Source: Desulfurococcaceae archaeon (GTDB lineage: Archaea > Thermoproteota > Thermoprotei_A > Sulfolobales > Desulfurococcaceae). Taken from it: a stretch of DNA of 64,000 bases. Of this stretch, positions 29,420 to 39,100 are shown in pieces. The DNA is taken from the NCBI GenBank assembly GCA_038888155.1, contig JAWAJB010000001.1, forward strand, positions 160,001 through 224,000. The letters are read 5' to 3'. A program made the translations under genes and the position numbers. Below the pieces are notes generated by a model, which was not told the DNA's origin, searched no databases, and saw only the letters and a list, made by a program, of their open reading frames with translations. Position 1 is the first letter of the stretch, and each line of letters begins with the position of its first letter.

Positions 29420-30067
29420 TTAAACCACCTCTACGCCTTTGCTGAGGGCAATCTTGTATGCTGCATAAATGTCTCTATGCCTAAATGGCTTAAGCCCTTT
29501 CAACCTCCTAGACGAGTAAATTGCCTCTTCAATTCTCCTCTTCCTTGGAGAAGTTTCCGCTTCGTCTACTAACTCTATAGATGAAAGGTTGAATTTTTTC
29601 TTCAAAAACTCTATGATATTAATAGACTTAGGGCCTGCGCCTATTTTAATCTTAACTTTTTCAAATGGAATGCAGCTGAGAACATAAGAGAGGTCGTCCT
29701 CTAATTCCCTAAGCCCTCCCTCCCCGTAAAAAATCAGCTGATCATCACCTAGAAAAACATAGCTGAGAACGGATCCTGGATCGATGCCCATAACTATGTT
29801 CGCGTAGCCCCCAATCATATGGGAGGCGAGGATAGCCTCCTCTACCTTCCTGCAGGACTTATCTGGGTCATAAACTACGAGGAGATCTCCACGGCCTGAG
29901 AGCTCTTTAAGGACGAGGTTAAAATCGGTGTAGACGACGCTGCTGTAAGGCACCTTGTCGCTCGTGTAATAGTGTTGGAATAGGAGGTCACGCCTCCTAA
30001 GAACGCCTAACACTTTTAAAAACCACTTCGGATCGTAAATCGCGATAACTAGAGCTCTCCTCTGCAA
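29420..30067 (-). CDS. Hypothetical protein with RNase H-like (YqgF/RuvC-type) domain
   Basis: GIDPG, IKIG, LVDE-ETS and D--AA--IA pattern. Confidence 0.7.
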   Translation of the reverse strand: MQRRALVIAIYDPKWFLKVLGVLRRRDLLFQHYYTSDKVPYSSVVYTDFNLVLKELSGRGDLLVVYDPDKSCRKVEEAILASHMIGGYANIVMGIDPGSVLSYVFLGDDQLIFYGEGGLRELEDDLSYVLSCIPFEKVKIKIGAGPKSINIIEFLKKKFNLSSIELVDEAETSPRKRRIEEAIYSSRRLKGLKPFRHRDIYAAYKIALSKGVEVV

Positions 30068-30134
30068 AACTCCCCTACCAGCTGTTTTTAACTAATAACC
30101 CATGTACGCTTTTTAGATTTCTAGGTGATGCCTT

Positions 30135-30767
30135 ATATACAGTGCCTACAGCGGAAGCCGAGAGCTAGATAAACTCATAGATAGCTCTTCTGCTGTGCTT
30201 TTCTACGGTCCCGCTGGAGCTGGTAAGACAGCTATATTGTTAACTGTCGCAAGCAATTTGTGTAGCTTTCATTTCTGTATTTACATATCAACTGAAGAAA
30301 CTCTTCACTACGACCGCATCTCTAGGGCAATCAACGCGTACGATAAAACATTGTTCGCAGAGGCGTACGATATGAACACCCTACTGAGGGTTGCAATTGC
30401 GACATCGGTGCTTAAGCCCAAGTTTATATTTGTGGATAGCGTTAATGCGCCAATGCGAGTAGAAGCTCGCAGAGAGACTACAACAACTAAGCAATCGTTT
30501 ATTATCAGCTTATTACTTGAAACTGTTAGAGAGCAGGGCGGAAAGCTGTTCGCATCTGCCCAAGTAAGGGTTGGAGAGGACGGAACGCTAGAGGCGTCCG
30601 GCATGAAGCTGTTTGACTACTACTTCGATACCATAGTAGGTGTATTTATTGGAGAGGGAGGAGTAAGATATATTAAACCCGTTAAAACAGGCACTAGAGT
30701 TGACTTCAACGAGATTGTATTCCGAATAACAGAGACTGGTGTCTCTTGGCTTGAAGGAAATTATTGA
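30135..30767 (+). CDS. RadB/RecA-superfamily ATPase (probable ATA start at 30135; first GTG 30195)
   Basis: Upstream in-frame YSGSRELDKLI, Walker A GPAGAGKT, YISTE, VDSV, AQVR. Confidence 0.8.
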   Translation: MYSAYSGSRELDKLIDSSSAVLFYGPAGAGKTAILLTVASNLCSFHFCIYISTEETLHYDRISRAINAYDKTLFAEAYDMNTLLRVAIATSVLKPKFIFVDSVNAPMRVEARRETTTTKQSFIISLLLETVREQGGKLFASAQVRVGEDGTLEASGMKLFDYYFDTIVGVFIGEGGVRYIKPVKTGTRVDFNEIVFRITETGVSWLEGNY

Positions 30768-31266
30768 CTACGCGATGTGGACTATAAAGTATTACTTGCC
30801 TCCAATGATCGCAAACGCTACGCCAGTTCTAATAAGGGGCACTACGCCAATAGATGGCGGGCGCTACCTTCGAGACGGAAAACCCATATTCGGTAAAAAT
30901 AAAACGTGGGAGGGCTTTATAGCTGGAACCATAGAGGCATATATTGCGGGAGCCTGTCTGGGGATCATTTTCTCTGATTACGCCTTGCCGCTGTTATCTT
31001 TGGGGGCAGGCTTATCTGCCTTATTTGGGGACTTAATGGGGGCCTTCATAAAGAGGCGCGCGTCTATCCAGCCGGGGGATCCCGCGCCAATTCTAGATCA
31101 ACTGGACTTCGCTCTTGCCGCAACTGGATACTACTACGCGTTTGGCGTAAACGAGGTAATGGCGCAGCCAACTTATATAATTTTGACCCTCATTCTAGTT
31201 ATAGCTCTCCACATAGCTACAAATAGAGCTGCGTATGCGCTAGGTTTAAAACACACGAAATTCTAG
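30739..31266 (+). CDS. carS: CDP-archaeol synthase
   Basis: ANATPV, PIDGG, G--KTWEG, GDL-GAFIKRR, PILDQLDF, H-ATN--AY-LGLK. Confidence 0.93.
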   Translation: MSLGLKEIIDYAMWTIKYYLPPMIANATPVLIRGTTPIDGGRYLRDGKPIFGKNKTWEGFIAGTIEAYIAGACLGIIFSDYALPLLSLGAGLSALFGDLMGAFIKRRASIQPGDPAPILDQLDFALAATGYYYAFGVNEVMAQPTYIILTLILVIALHIATNRAAYALGLKHTKF

Positions 31267-31321
31267 GTTTAAAAGGTATATTTATTTTATATAAGGGGAA
31301 AAGAGTAAAGGGGGATGCAAG

Positions 31322-31612
31322 CTGGCTAAGTATCCCAAAACGATAGCTACTTATTGCCCTAAGTGTAGAGCGCATACAGATCACTCCGTGGCTATATATA
31401 AGCAGGGCAAGAGAAGAAGCCTAGCAGAAGGCGAGAGAAGATATGACAGAAAGAAGGAAGGATATGGCTCTAAGAGAAAGCCTGAGCAGAAGAGATTTGC
31501 TAAAACAACCAAGAAAGTTGTCCTAAAGCTTAAGTGCAACAAGTGCGGGTACATAGTGCACAGAAGGGGCATTAGGCTTAAAAAGGCTGAACTAACAGAG
31601 GTGGCCAGGTAA
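31322..31612 (+). CDS. rpl44e: 50S ribosomal protein L44e (eL42), probable CTG start
   Basis: From 31322: (M)[22 protein letters not shown]...[13 protein letters not shown]...[15 protein letters not shown]. Confidence 0.95.
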   Translation: MAKYPKTIATYCPKCRAHTDHSVAIYKQGKRRSLAEGERRYDRKKEGYGSKRKPEQKRFAKTTKKVVLKLKCNKCGYIVHRRGIRLKKAELTEVAR

Positions 31613-31812
31613 TGAGGAAGAGAAGAATACTTATACCAATGCCGAGGAGCAGGTTCTACAGAGTGGTCTGCAAAAACTGCGGCGCTGAGAACATTGTCTT
31701 CAGCCACGCCACTTTTCCAGCTAGGTGTAAAGTCTGTGGAGTTAGCTTGTTAACAACGGCAGGAGGAAAAGTAAAGATAGCAAACGCTGAAGTTGTTGCA
31801 GAGCTCGGGTAA
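31612..31812 (+). CDS. rps27e: 30S ribosomal protein S27e
   Basis: PRSRF--V-CKNCG...VFSHA...CKVCG...GGK. Confidence 0.96.
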   Translation: MRKRRILIPMPRSRFYRVVCKNCGAENIVFSHATFPARCKVCGVSLLTTAGGKVKIANAEVVAELG

Positions 31813-31882
31813 AGCCCTACTAAGATTAAAGGCTTATTATCTCAATCAACTTATTAGTTCTTGTCTTATTTGAATGGCATAG

Positions 31883-32173
31883 GTGAGCTACGTGAGCAGA
31901 GATCAATTGATGGGGTGGCTTCTGCTAATCTCTTCTGTTGCTGTCATAATCGCGTATACTTATTTAATGTTTAGCGGCTTCTGGGAGATACTAACAAAGA
32001 TAACGCTAACGCTAGGCGTTATTGCAGTTTTCAGCATTTTAGGCTGGATAGGCTACACGCTAGTAACTACCCCGCCGCCGAAGCCTATAGAGGAAATAGA
32101 GAAGGAAATAGAAGAAGAGCTAAAGAAGCTAGAACAAGAGACAAAGCAACAAGAGGGCACAAAAAGCTCCTAA
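31883..32173 (+). CDS. Conserved archaeal two-TM protein with acidic coiled-coil tail
   Basis: Two TM helices, GWIGYTLVTTPPPKPIEE, charged tail. Confidence 0.8.
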   Translation: MSYVSRDQLMGWLLLISSVAVIIAYTYLMFSGFWEILTKITLTLGVIAVFSILGWIGYTLVTTPPPKPIEEIEKEIEEELKKLEQETKQQEGTKSS

Positions 32174-32310
32174 AGATTTGTGCTCGAACACTGGGCGCTT
32201 TTCGTAAACAGTTAACGCGACAGAGTGTTGAAGGGTAGTTAGACTAATCAAGCCCTTAATTTAAAAAAGCTTACCCCATAGCTTAGCTCACTCTTCTCAA
32301 AGTTCTTATC

Positions 32311-32366
32311 GCTCTCAGCTCTATTGCTCTTCACAGTTCAGCGTTCGGATACCTTCATCATTGAGC
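32311..32366 (-). ncRNA. Box C/D guide sRNA (targets not identified)
   Basis: Minus strand GCTC-a-ATGATGA-aggtatccgaacg-CTGA-a-CTGTGA-agagcaatagag-CTGA-GAGC. Perfect C box, D', C'-like and D boxes, 12-13 nt guides and a 4-bp terminal stem. Confidence 0.88.
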
Positions 32367-32409
32367 CTTTTTAAGTGTATTAATGCTCTCTATAATTGTG
32401 GGGATAGTT

Positions 32410-33246
32410 ATGTGTAGAATTATTGCACTAGCCTCTCATAAATTAAATCCTGACACCCTGAAAACAATAGTTAACTCCTTCATCACGAGTAGCGAGGTAG
32501 ATCCATACCTGGCAAGATTGTACGAAGGGACGGTGTGGTCGCACGACGATGGGTGGGGATTTGCCGCCTTAGGCTTAGTAGATGATCGTCCCACGCTGGC
32601 TTACCATAGATCTCTCGCGCCAATATTTCACGGATCCTCGAGGAGAGTGCTCTCTCTTCATTTGAGAAAGATCTCCGAGTATCCATTGCTCTACTTGATT
32701 ATGCATACGCGCAAAGCCTCTTGGGGCGAGCCCTATGGAATAGATTATGTTCACCCCTTTGTTAGGACCTACAAGAACGGCGTTGCTTGGTTTGTGCACA
32801 ATGGCGGAGCTGACAAAAAAGCTCTAGCTGAGAAGCTTAACACCTACCCTTGGACCCGCGTAGACTCAGAGTTGCTTGGCCAATATATTGCCGACAACAT
32901 TCACGCCTGCGTTGAAGGTGGCGGGCATATTGACAATTGCGCTGTATCAGCTTACAGTGAAGCTAGAGAGTATATTATAAAGGGGGCAGGATTTAACACT
33001 GCTCTCATGTGGCTAGACGGCAACAAGATCCACCTATACCTATCTCACTGGGTTCGCGAACCATATAGGGGCGAAGTAAAGGAATTTTACTCCGTAGTCG
33101 CATACAATGATCAAAACACTGCTCTTGCCAGCACTATCACGCTGAGGAATTACTTACCAAGCTCTATGGCCAACAAAACATACGTGTTGGAGCCAGGGCT
33201 GTATAAAATAGGGCCGGGGAGCGTATTAAAGCTATCAAGTCTTTAA
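32410..33246 (+). CDS. Class II glutamine amidotransferase (Ntn-hydrolase) family protein
   Basis: Start MCRII (N-terminal nucleophile Cys), H-DGWG, HTRKAS, HPF, HNG, DSE. Confidence 0.88.
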   Translation: MCRIIALASHKLNPDTLKTIVNSFITSSEVDPYLARLYEGTVWSHDDGWGFAALGLVDDRPTLAYHRSLAPIFHGSSRRVLSLHLRKISEYPLLYLIMHTRKASWGEPYGIDYVHPFVRTYKNGVAWFVHNGGADKKALAEKLNTYPWTRVDSELLGQYIADNIHACVEGGGHIDNCAVSAYSEAREYIIKGAGFNTALMWLDGNKIHLYLSHWVREPYRGEVKEFYSVVAYNDQNTALASTITLRNYLPSSMANKTYVLEPGLYKIGPGSVLKLSSL

Positions 33247-33270
33247 GGACAATAGGTAATAGGCAAGCTG

Positions 33271-34395
33271 GTGGTAATGCCAAATAAGCGTGTGGGGTTT
33301 ATAGTAAACCCCATAGCGGGAATGGGCGGTAGCGTTGGGTTGAAGGGAACGGACGGAGAAGCTTATCTAAAGGCGCTTGAGAGAGGCGCAAAGCCTGTTT
33401 CCCCTCAACGGGCGCTTGATTTTTTAAACAACTTAAAATCTAACTTTTTTGATCTAGTGTCCGCCCGAGATATCATGGGCGAAGAAGTTGTAAGAATGAG
33501 TAGACATTGCAACAAATTAGTACAAGTAGTGGGAAACGCTAGGTATCCTACGAGTAAAGAAGATACAATAGAGGCTGCACGAGCCATGAAGGACTTAGTG
33601 GACATTATAGTCTTTGTTGGCGGCGATGGCACGGCACGCGATATTCACGAGGCTGTAGGTACGTCTATACCAGTTGTGGGAGTGCCGAGCGGAGTGAAAA
33701 TGTACAGTTCTGTGTTCGCTGTAAGCCCCATTGCAGCTGCTTCGCTAGTTGGCTACTACTTAGAGGGGAAAACCGCTCTCGTTGAAAGAGAGGTACTAGA
33801 TATAGACGAAGATGCCTTTAGAAAAGATTGCCTCTTGGTAAGGCTGTGGGGGTACCTACTGGTACCAATTCACGAAAACCTCGTTCAGTCATCTAAGGCA
33901 GTATATTCAGGAGAAGACGAGGATTTAGCTAGAGAGGCTATCGCGGAGTTCATTGTTGAGAACATGGAGCCCGGAGTCCCATACATTTTGGGGCCGGGAA
34001 CTACAGTAAAGGCAATTTGCAAGAAGTTGGGGTTGAGCTGCACCACACTAGGCGTCGACGTTGTGTTGAACAGAGAGCTAATAATAAGAGATGCCTGTGA
34101 GCGCGATCTAAGCGAACTAATTGAGAAGTATCCTCGCGCTAAGATAGTTGTTACCCCTATAGGCGGGCAGGGCTTCCTATTCGGTAGGGGCAACCAGCAA
34201 ATATCTTGGCGGGTTGTCTCAGCAGTAAACGCGAATGACATAATTGTTGTTTCAACTGAGAGAAAAATTCGAGAGCTACCGTACTTAATGGTAGATACAG
34301 GCAGCTTTCACGTTGATAGTAAACTTTGCGGTTACATTAGGGTTCTTGTTGACTACAACAAGTACAGAGTGATGAGAGTAATTAGCGGGACTTGA
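33271..34395 (+). CDS. ATP-NAD kinase-like / AcoX-family protein (COG3199-like)
   Basis: VNPIAGMGG-VGLKGTDG, GGDGTARD, GVKMYS, GQGFLFGRGNQQ. Confidence 0.88.
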   Translation: MVMPNKRVGFIVNPIAGMGGSVGLKGTDGEAYLKALERGAKPVSPQRALDFLNNLKSNFFDLVSARDIMGEEVVRMSRHCNKLVQVVGNARYPTSKEDTIEAARAMKDLVDIIVFVGGDGTARDIHEAVGTSIPVVGVPSGVKMYSSVFAVSPIAAASLVGYYLEGKTALVEREVLDIDEDAFRKDCLLVRLWGYLLVPIHENLVQSSKAVYSGEDEDLAREAIAEFIVENMEPGVPYILGPGTTVKAICKKLGLSCTTLGVDVVLNRELIIRDACERDLSELIEKYPRAKIVVTPIGGQGFLFGRGNQQISWRVVSAVNANDIIVVSTERKIRELPYLMVDTGSFHVDSKLCGYIRVLVDYNKYRVMRVISGT

Positions 34396-34451
34396 GGAAA
34401 AGCCTTATTTTTAAGTAATTTAAAACTTTATCTTTAGTAAGGTGATTTAGC

Positions 34452-34850
34452 TTGAGCAAAAACTACGAAACGGTAGGAAACCTCAAGGTAGGTAGCTTCA
34501 TTATGATAGATAACGAGCCATGCAGGATTGTTGAGCTGTCGAGAGCCAAGACGGGAAAACACGGAAGCGCAAAGGCGAATATTACTGCAGTAGGCCTCTT
34601 TACGAAGTCAAAGAAAGTGCTCGTAGCGCCTGTTGACTCGCAAGTCGAGATCCCTATAATAGAGAAGAAGATAGGTAGAGTAATAGCGGATTTGGGGGAC
34701 AGGCTTCAAGTAATGGACGCAGATTCCTTTGAAGTGTTTGAAGTCGTTAAAGAGACAATAGATGAGTCCATTAGGGACAAAATATCTACTGACAAAGAAG
34801 TAGAGTACTGGCAGGTATTGAACGCTAGGATTATTATTAGGCCCAGGTAG
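34452..34850 (+). CDS. eif5a: Translation factor aIF5A (eIF5A)
   Basis: KTGKHGSAK hypusination motif; GGTGA SD, TTG start. Confidence 0.97.
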   Translation: MSKNYETVGNLKVGSFIMIDNEPCRIVELSRAKTGKHGSAKANITAVGLFTKSKKVLVAPVDSQVEIPIIEKKIGRVIADLGDRLQVMDADSFEVFEVVKETIDESIRDKISTDKEVEYWQVLNARIIIRPR

Positions 34851-34876
34851 CTACACTGCAGGTTTAGCGCACACTG

Positions 34877-35233
34877 CTATATGTCATCCGGTATAAACTC
34901 AGGTTTTTCAGCGAGGGTAACAATTGGTATCGAGATCCCCGGTTTCGGTCCTTTCGTTAGCTCGTACTTCTCCTCGCCTGTATACACAACAATGTAGTTT
35001 GCCCCCGATATCTGGGGATCGTCATCCTTAAATGAGTAGTAATAGAATATCGGGAGGCCGTAGTGTTTGTAGTAGTCCCTGAACACGCCTAGCAAGCCTA
35101 GGATGATCTTATCCTGGTGTTTAAACCTAATTAAGTACGTAGATAACTGGTGAGGAACTACAGTTGATAGGGCTAACCTGACTAGATCATTAAAAGTGGC
35201 CGTCTTTAGTAAAATAACTTTCTCCTCTACCAT
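34877..35233 (-). CDS. Conserved crenarchaeal hypothetical protein
   Basis: DLVRL...DYYKHYGLPIFYY; last gene of the rgy operon. Confidence 0.7.
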   Translation of the reverse strand: MVEEKVILLKTATFNDLVRLALSTVVPHQLSTYLIRFKHQDKIILGLLGVFRDYYKHYGLPIFYYYSFKDDDPQISGANYIVVYTGEEKYELTKGPKPGISIPIVTLAEKPEFIPDDI

Positions 35234-35236
35234 TGT

Positions 35237-36136
35237 TTACACCTGACTGGGCTTCCTAGTAGTATCTAATGTATGTAGGTGCCTTAAGAACTTACTGAGA
35301 TTAGCGATGATTGACCTCAACTCAATGCACCTTGTGTTTCTCTTCTCAGCTGCCTTGAGCACCTTTAGAGGTATGAGAATAATGGATTTCTTTACATCGC
35401 TGTATTCTAAGACAGACTCGTCGGGCGTAGCAATAATCGTGGGGTTCTTGGCTATTACATTTGATTTGTCCAACAAAATAGAGCCAATGTGTATAACAGT
35501 TCCACCGGTGAATATCTGCAGGGAGCTCACTATGTCAGTTAATTTATTTTCAGAGATATTAGTTCCTGAAGACAGTAGCACTACTTCAGCGCCCATTAAC
35601 GTAGTAAGCCTGGCTAATTCAGGCGCCAATATCTCTTCTCCAAGTAGCGCAGTATAGTTTAAGTAGTAGTCAGTAACGAGGTCTAGTTTGTTGCCCGGCT
35701 TCGCACCAACAGCAAGCTCTGCAGGAGAGAGAAGCATCTTCCTTGAAAAGAACCTACACGTGCCCAGTTCTCCATCTACTATTATGTTGGATATGTACAA
35801 GCTCAAGCGGGATTTCTCAATTACGTTCATAGATATTAAAACCAGGGAGCTTGAGTTTGCGATGTGTTTAAGTAGTTTAACGTAGGGGCTCTTTTTATTG
35901 AGGCCAGCAGCTTTAGCAGTTTCAATGTCAACGAAGCTTGGCGCCAAGCCGTTTGGGAGGTAGGGCGGTAGTATAAGCGTTCTTATACTTATTTTACCAG
36001 CATATCGAGTTAAATGCCTAACGTTATCGGTGTTCACTGAAAAAGCCCACATAGAAATCGGCATGTGCACTACACCTAAACGCGGCCCTCCTACATCTTT
36101 AAATAATTCAACTACCTCGAACTTCCCAGCGCTCAC
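35237..36136 (-). CDS. Divergent carbon-nitrogen hydrolase (nitrilase-fold) homolog
   Basis: Fold pattern (LILPPY, SRKMLL, EEILAPELARL--LMGAEVV); ATGA overlap with rgy. Confidence 0.6.
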   Translation of the reverse strand: MSAGKFEVVELFKDVGGPRLGVVHMPISMWAFSVNTDNVRHLTRYAGKISIRTLILPPYLPNGLAPSFVDIETAKAAGLNKKSPYVKLLKHIANSSSLVLISMNVIEKSRLSLYISNIIVDGELGTCRFFSRKMLLSPAELAVGAKPGNKLDLVTDYYLNYTALLGEEILAPELARLTTLMGAEVVLLSSGTNISENKLTDIVSSLQIFTGGTVIHIGSILLDKSNVIAKNPTIIATPDESVLEYSDVKKSIILIPLKVLKAAEKRNTRCIELRSIIANLSKFLRHLHTLDTTRKPSQV

Positions 36137-39100
36137 TTAGAGAGCCCCTCAATGCACTTTGCTATATCCAAGCTGGGGCTAGGCTCTCCTAGGTTAGATA
36201 GGGTAGCTCTTAGCTCCCCTTCTACAGTTTTCCTTATCTCCTCTTCTCTGTTGATAACGCTTTCCGTCACCTCCGAGTACAACTCCCTTAAAATGCTTTG
36301 GTAGTCCCTTCTACCCTGCTCCACTTGATCCATTAATTCCTCTAGCTTCCCAGTGGTTTCAACGGATAATCTGTCTCCGAAGAACCTAGTTAAAAAGCTG
36401 TGTACAAATATGCCCTTTTCTAAAACTACAAGTGCTTTATACCTCTTCGACACAATAGCGTATCTTCTATCTATTACAGTCTGGATAACTTTTGCGTAAG
36501 TACTAGGCCTCCCAATGCCCTTTTCCTTCATCCACTTTACTACATCGTGGATTTTAGGTAGCGGATATTTGATTTTCTTGATGCCCACCACGTAGCCCGT
36601 CTTTATGCTACCGACTTCTCCAAGCCTGATTATTTGAGGTTGAAAAGTTTCGTACATGTCCAAGAAACCTCTCTCGATCGTCTCGCACAGTATTTCTCTT
36701 TCTACAGCGTGCTTGGCGTTATCTACAATGATCTCCAGCCTAAACTTCTGTTTGCGAACTCTAGCTGGTTTCATTTGGCTCGCAATGAAGCGCCTGAAGA
36801 TCAGATCATACAATTTCAAGTGGTCTCTTGTAAGCCTACCAGAAACAACTAGTGCTCCCTCCTTGACGAGCTCTGCGAGATGATCGGAATCAATGGGCCT
36901 TGTTGGCCTTATAGCTTCGTGTGCCCCCCTATCGCTCCAAGTCCTAGACTTAAAGAAGTCTGCGAGGCGGTGGTGGCCGTACTTTTCCTCGAGGTACTGT
37001 TTAGCCACTTCGACTCCAATGTCGCTGATCCTTAGGCTGTCCGTCCTATGATAAGTTATGAATCCCATCTCAAATAGGTTCTGAGCAAGCTCCATGGTTT
37101 TTGTAGCGTAGAAGCCCAATCGCCTTGAAGCTTCTTCGAGCAGAGAGTCTGTAGTGAATGGCGGCGGGGGCTGAACTTCTTCCTCCCATTGATCTAAAGC
37201 AGTTATCGCTACCTTGGGGTATTCTTTAATTTTACCTCTTTTTTCGTTAGTAGCGTTTAATTTTTCAACTACGCTGTAGTCAACAGCTACGGATAGTTTA
37301 GCACCGTCTTCTAGCTCAACTGTGAGAATGTAGCTAGCCTTTCCTGGATCTTTTGATTTGTTGTATTCATCAATAATGTACCCCAAGACGGGCGTCTGAA
37401 CTCTTCCCGCGCTTAAGTTTCTGTTTGGTTCGCAGCATGACCTGACGTCATCTATTTTACCTTTACTGTAAAGGTAATCCACGCAGTATTTAGGCCAAGC
37501 GAACTTTTGTAGAACGTTTGATAGAGAGAAACCAAGCCACCTGTCCTCAATTCGCCTAACTATTTGAGCCTCGACAAGGCCGACATAGAAGTCTCTCGGG
37601 TTGAGTATGGCGTTTAAGACGGCTCTCCTAGTGACTTCGTGAAACTCCACTCTTTGGACTTTCTCTGCGTAGGGTTCTATTAACACGCGTATATCCCACG
37701 CAATTTTCTCGCCCTCTGAGTCAGGGTCTGTCCCAATTAGCACTACATCTACTTCTCTGGCGAGCCTCCTGAGGGCGTAAATAGCGCTTATCTTTCTGTT
37801 TAAAGATGTTAGCTCGGACTGACACTTAGGACACTTGCTTAAGCCATCATCTGTAAACTGGTGTCCATTGGGACACTTCTTTATATCCGTGTAAATGGGT
37901 ATAAACTCACCACTGTCACCAGCCCCTGACACCAGAATTCCGTGCAAATAGGCGCTGTTCTCAGCCTCAGGCGGCTTGGAGGGATCTACTATTAACTCGT
38001 ACACGTGGCCGCCGCTAGCAACAATGGAGATTATATAGTTGCCTATAGCGATCTCATATGTTTTGAGGCCGTCGATGATTCTGACGCTTGGCTTCCCAAA
38101 GAAATTTGCAATAGTCCTGGCCTTATTTGGCGATTCAACCACTAGTAATGCTGTTTTGATGAGCTCTAATTGAGCGCGGAGCTTCAACTCGCCCCTTAAG
38201 ATCTTCTTTACTGCATCGCGTTGATCTTCGATTTCTTCAATAATTTCCTCTAAGTTCAAATCCTCGAGCTTTGAGAACTTAAACCCCTCGAAGATCCACC
38301 TAAGTCTCCTCGCGAGACCGGATAGCAATCTTTCATCGTCGACAATCACTATTGAAAGGCCCTTAGTTATTCCGCCGGGATAAAGCCTAGAGCATCTGCC
38401 GCTAGCTTGAATGTAAGTTGAGATATCGGGTATGAGAACGTATAATTCGCCGTTCTCTTCGACTATGGCGATGCTGTCTAGCTTTCTGAGCCTTTCAATG
38501 ACATCGCGCATGGACAGCGCGCGCTCTAATATTTTATATGCCCTATACAAGTCTACTATGAGCTGGGTTTCCCCTTCGGCTGAGCCCTTTCCTATAGCTT
38601 CGACTAGCCTCTCCCTAACAGCGAGGAGGGCTCCCTGGCTCATCATTCTAAGCCTCGTTGATATCCTCCCAATGAGTAAATCGACTTCGTTTTTCTCTTC
38701 ATGTACGAGGACGTCTCTCACGGTTATTAGCATTCTGAGCAAATCGAGGGGCGAAACGTTCTCTAACCTAGAGCTAAATTTGTGCCGAGGTACTCCAGCG
38801 AATACGACATATTTAACTGCCTCGGGGAGATCTAAACCCCTTACCATTATTCCATAATAAGTAGCTACTCCAACGAGCGCGTCAAGCTCAGCCCTTGCGA
38901 ACTTCTCTATTAAATCCACTTGCTTCTTGGCGTGAAATGCCTCAACCCTTAAGCCCTGCTTCTTGAGGGTTTCAGCAATGTGCTCGGCGTGTTCTATTCC
39001 CCTGTCCACAGGCACGAATATTAAAATACCATCTCGAAGTTTCTTGACAACTTCACTCAATGTATCCTCGAGGTTTCCACTTCTTGGAATAATGTAAGAG

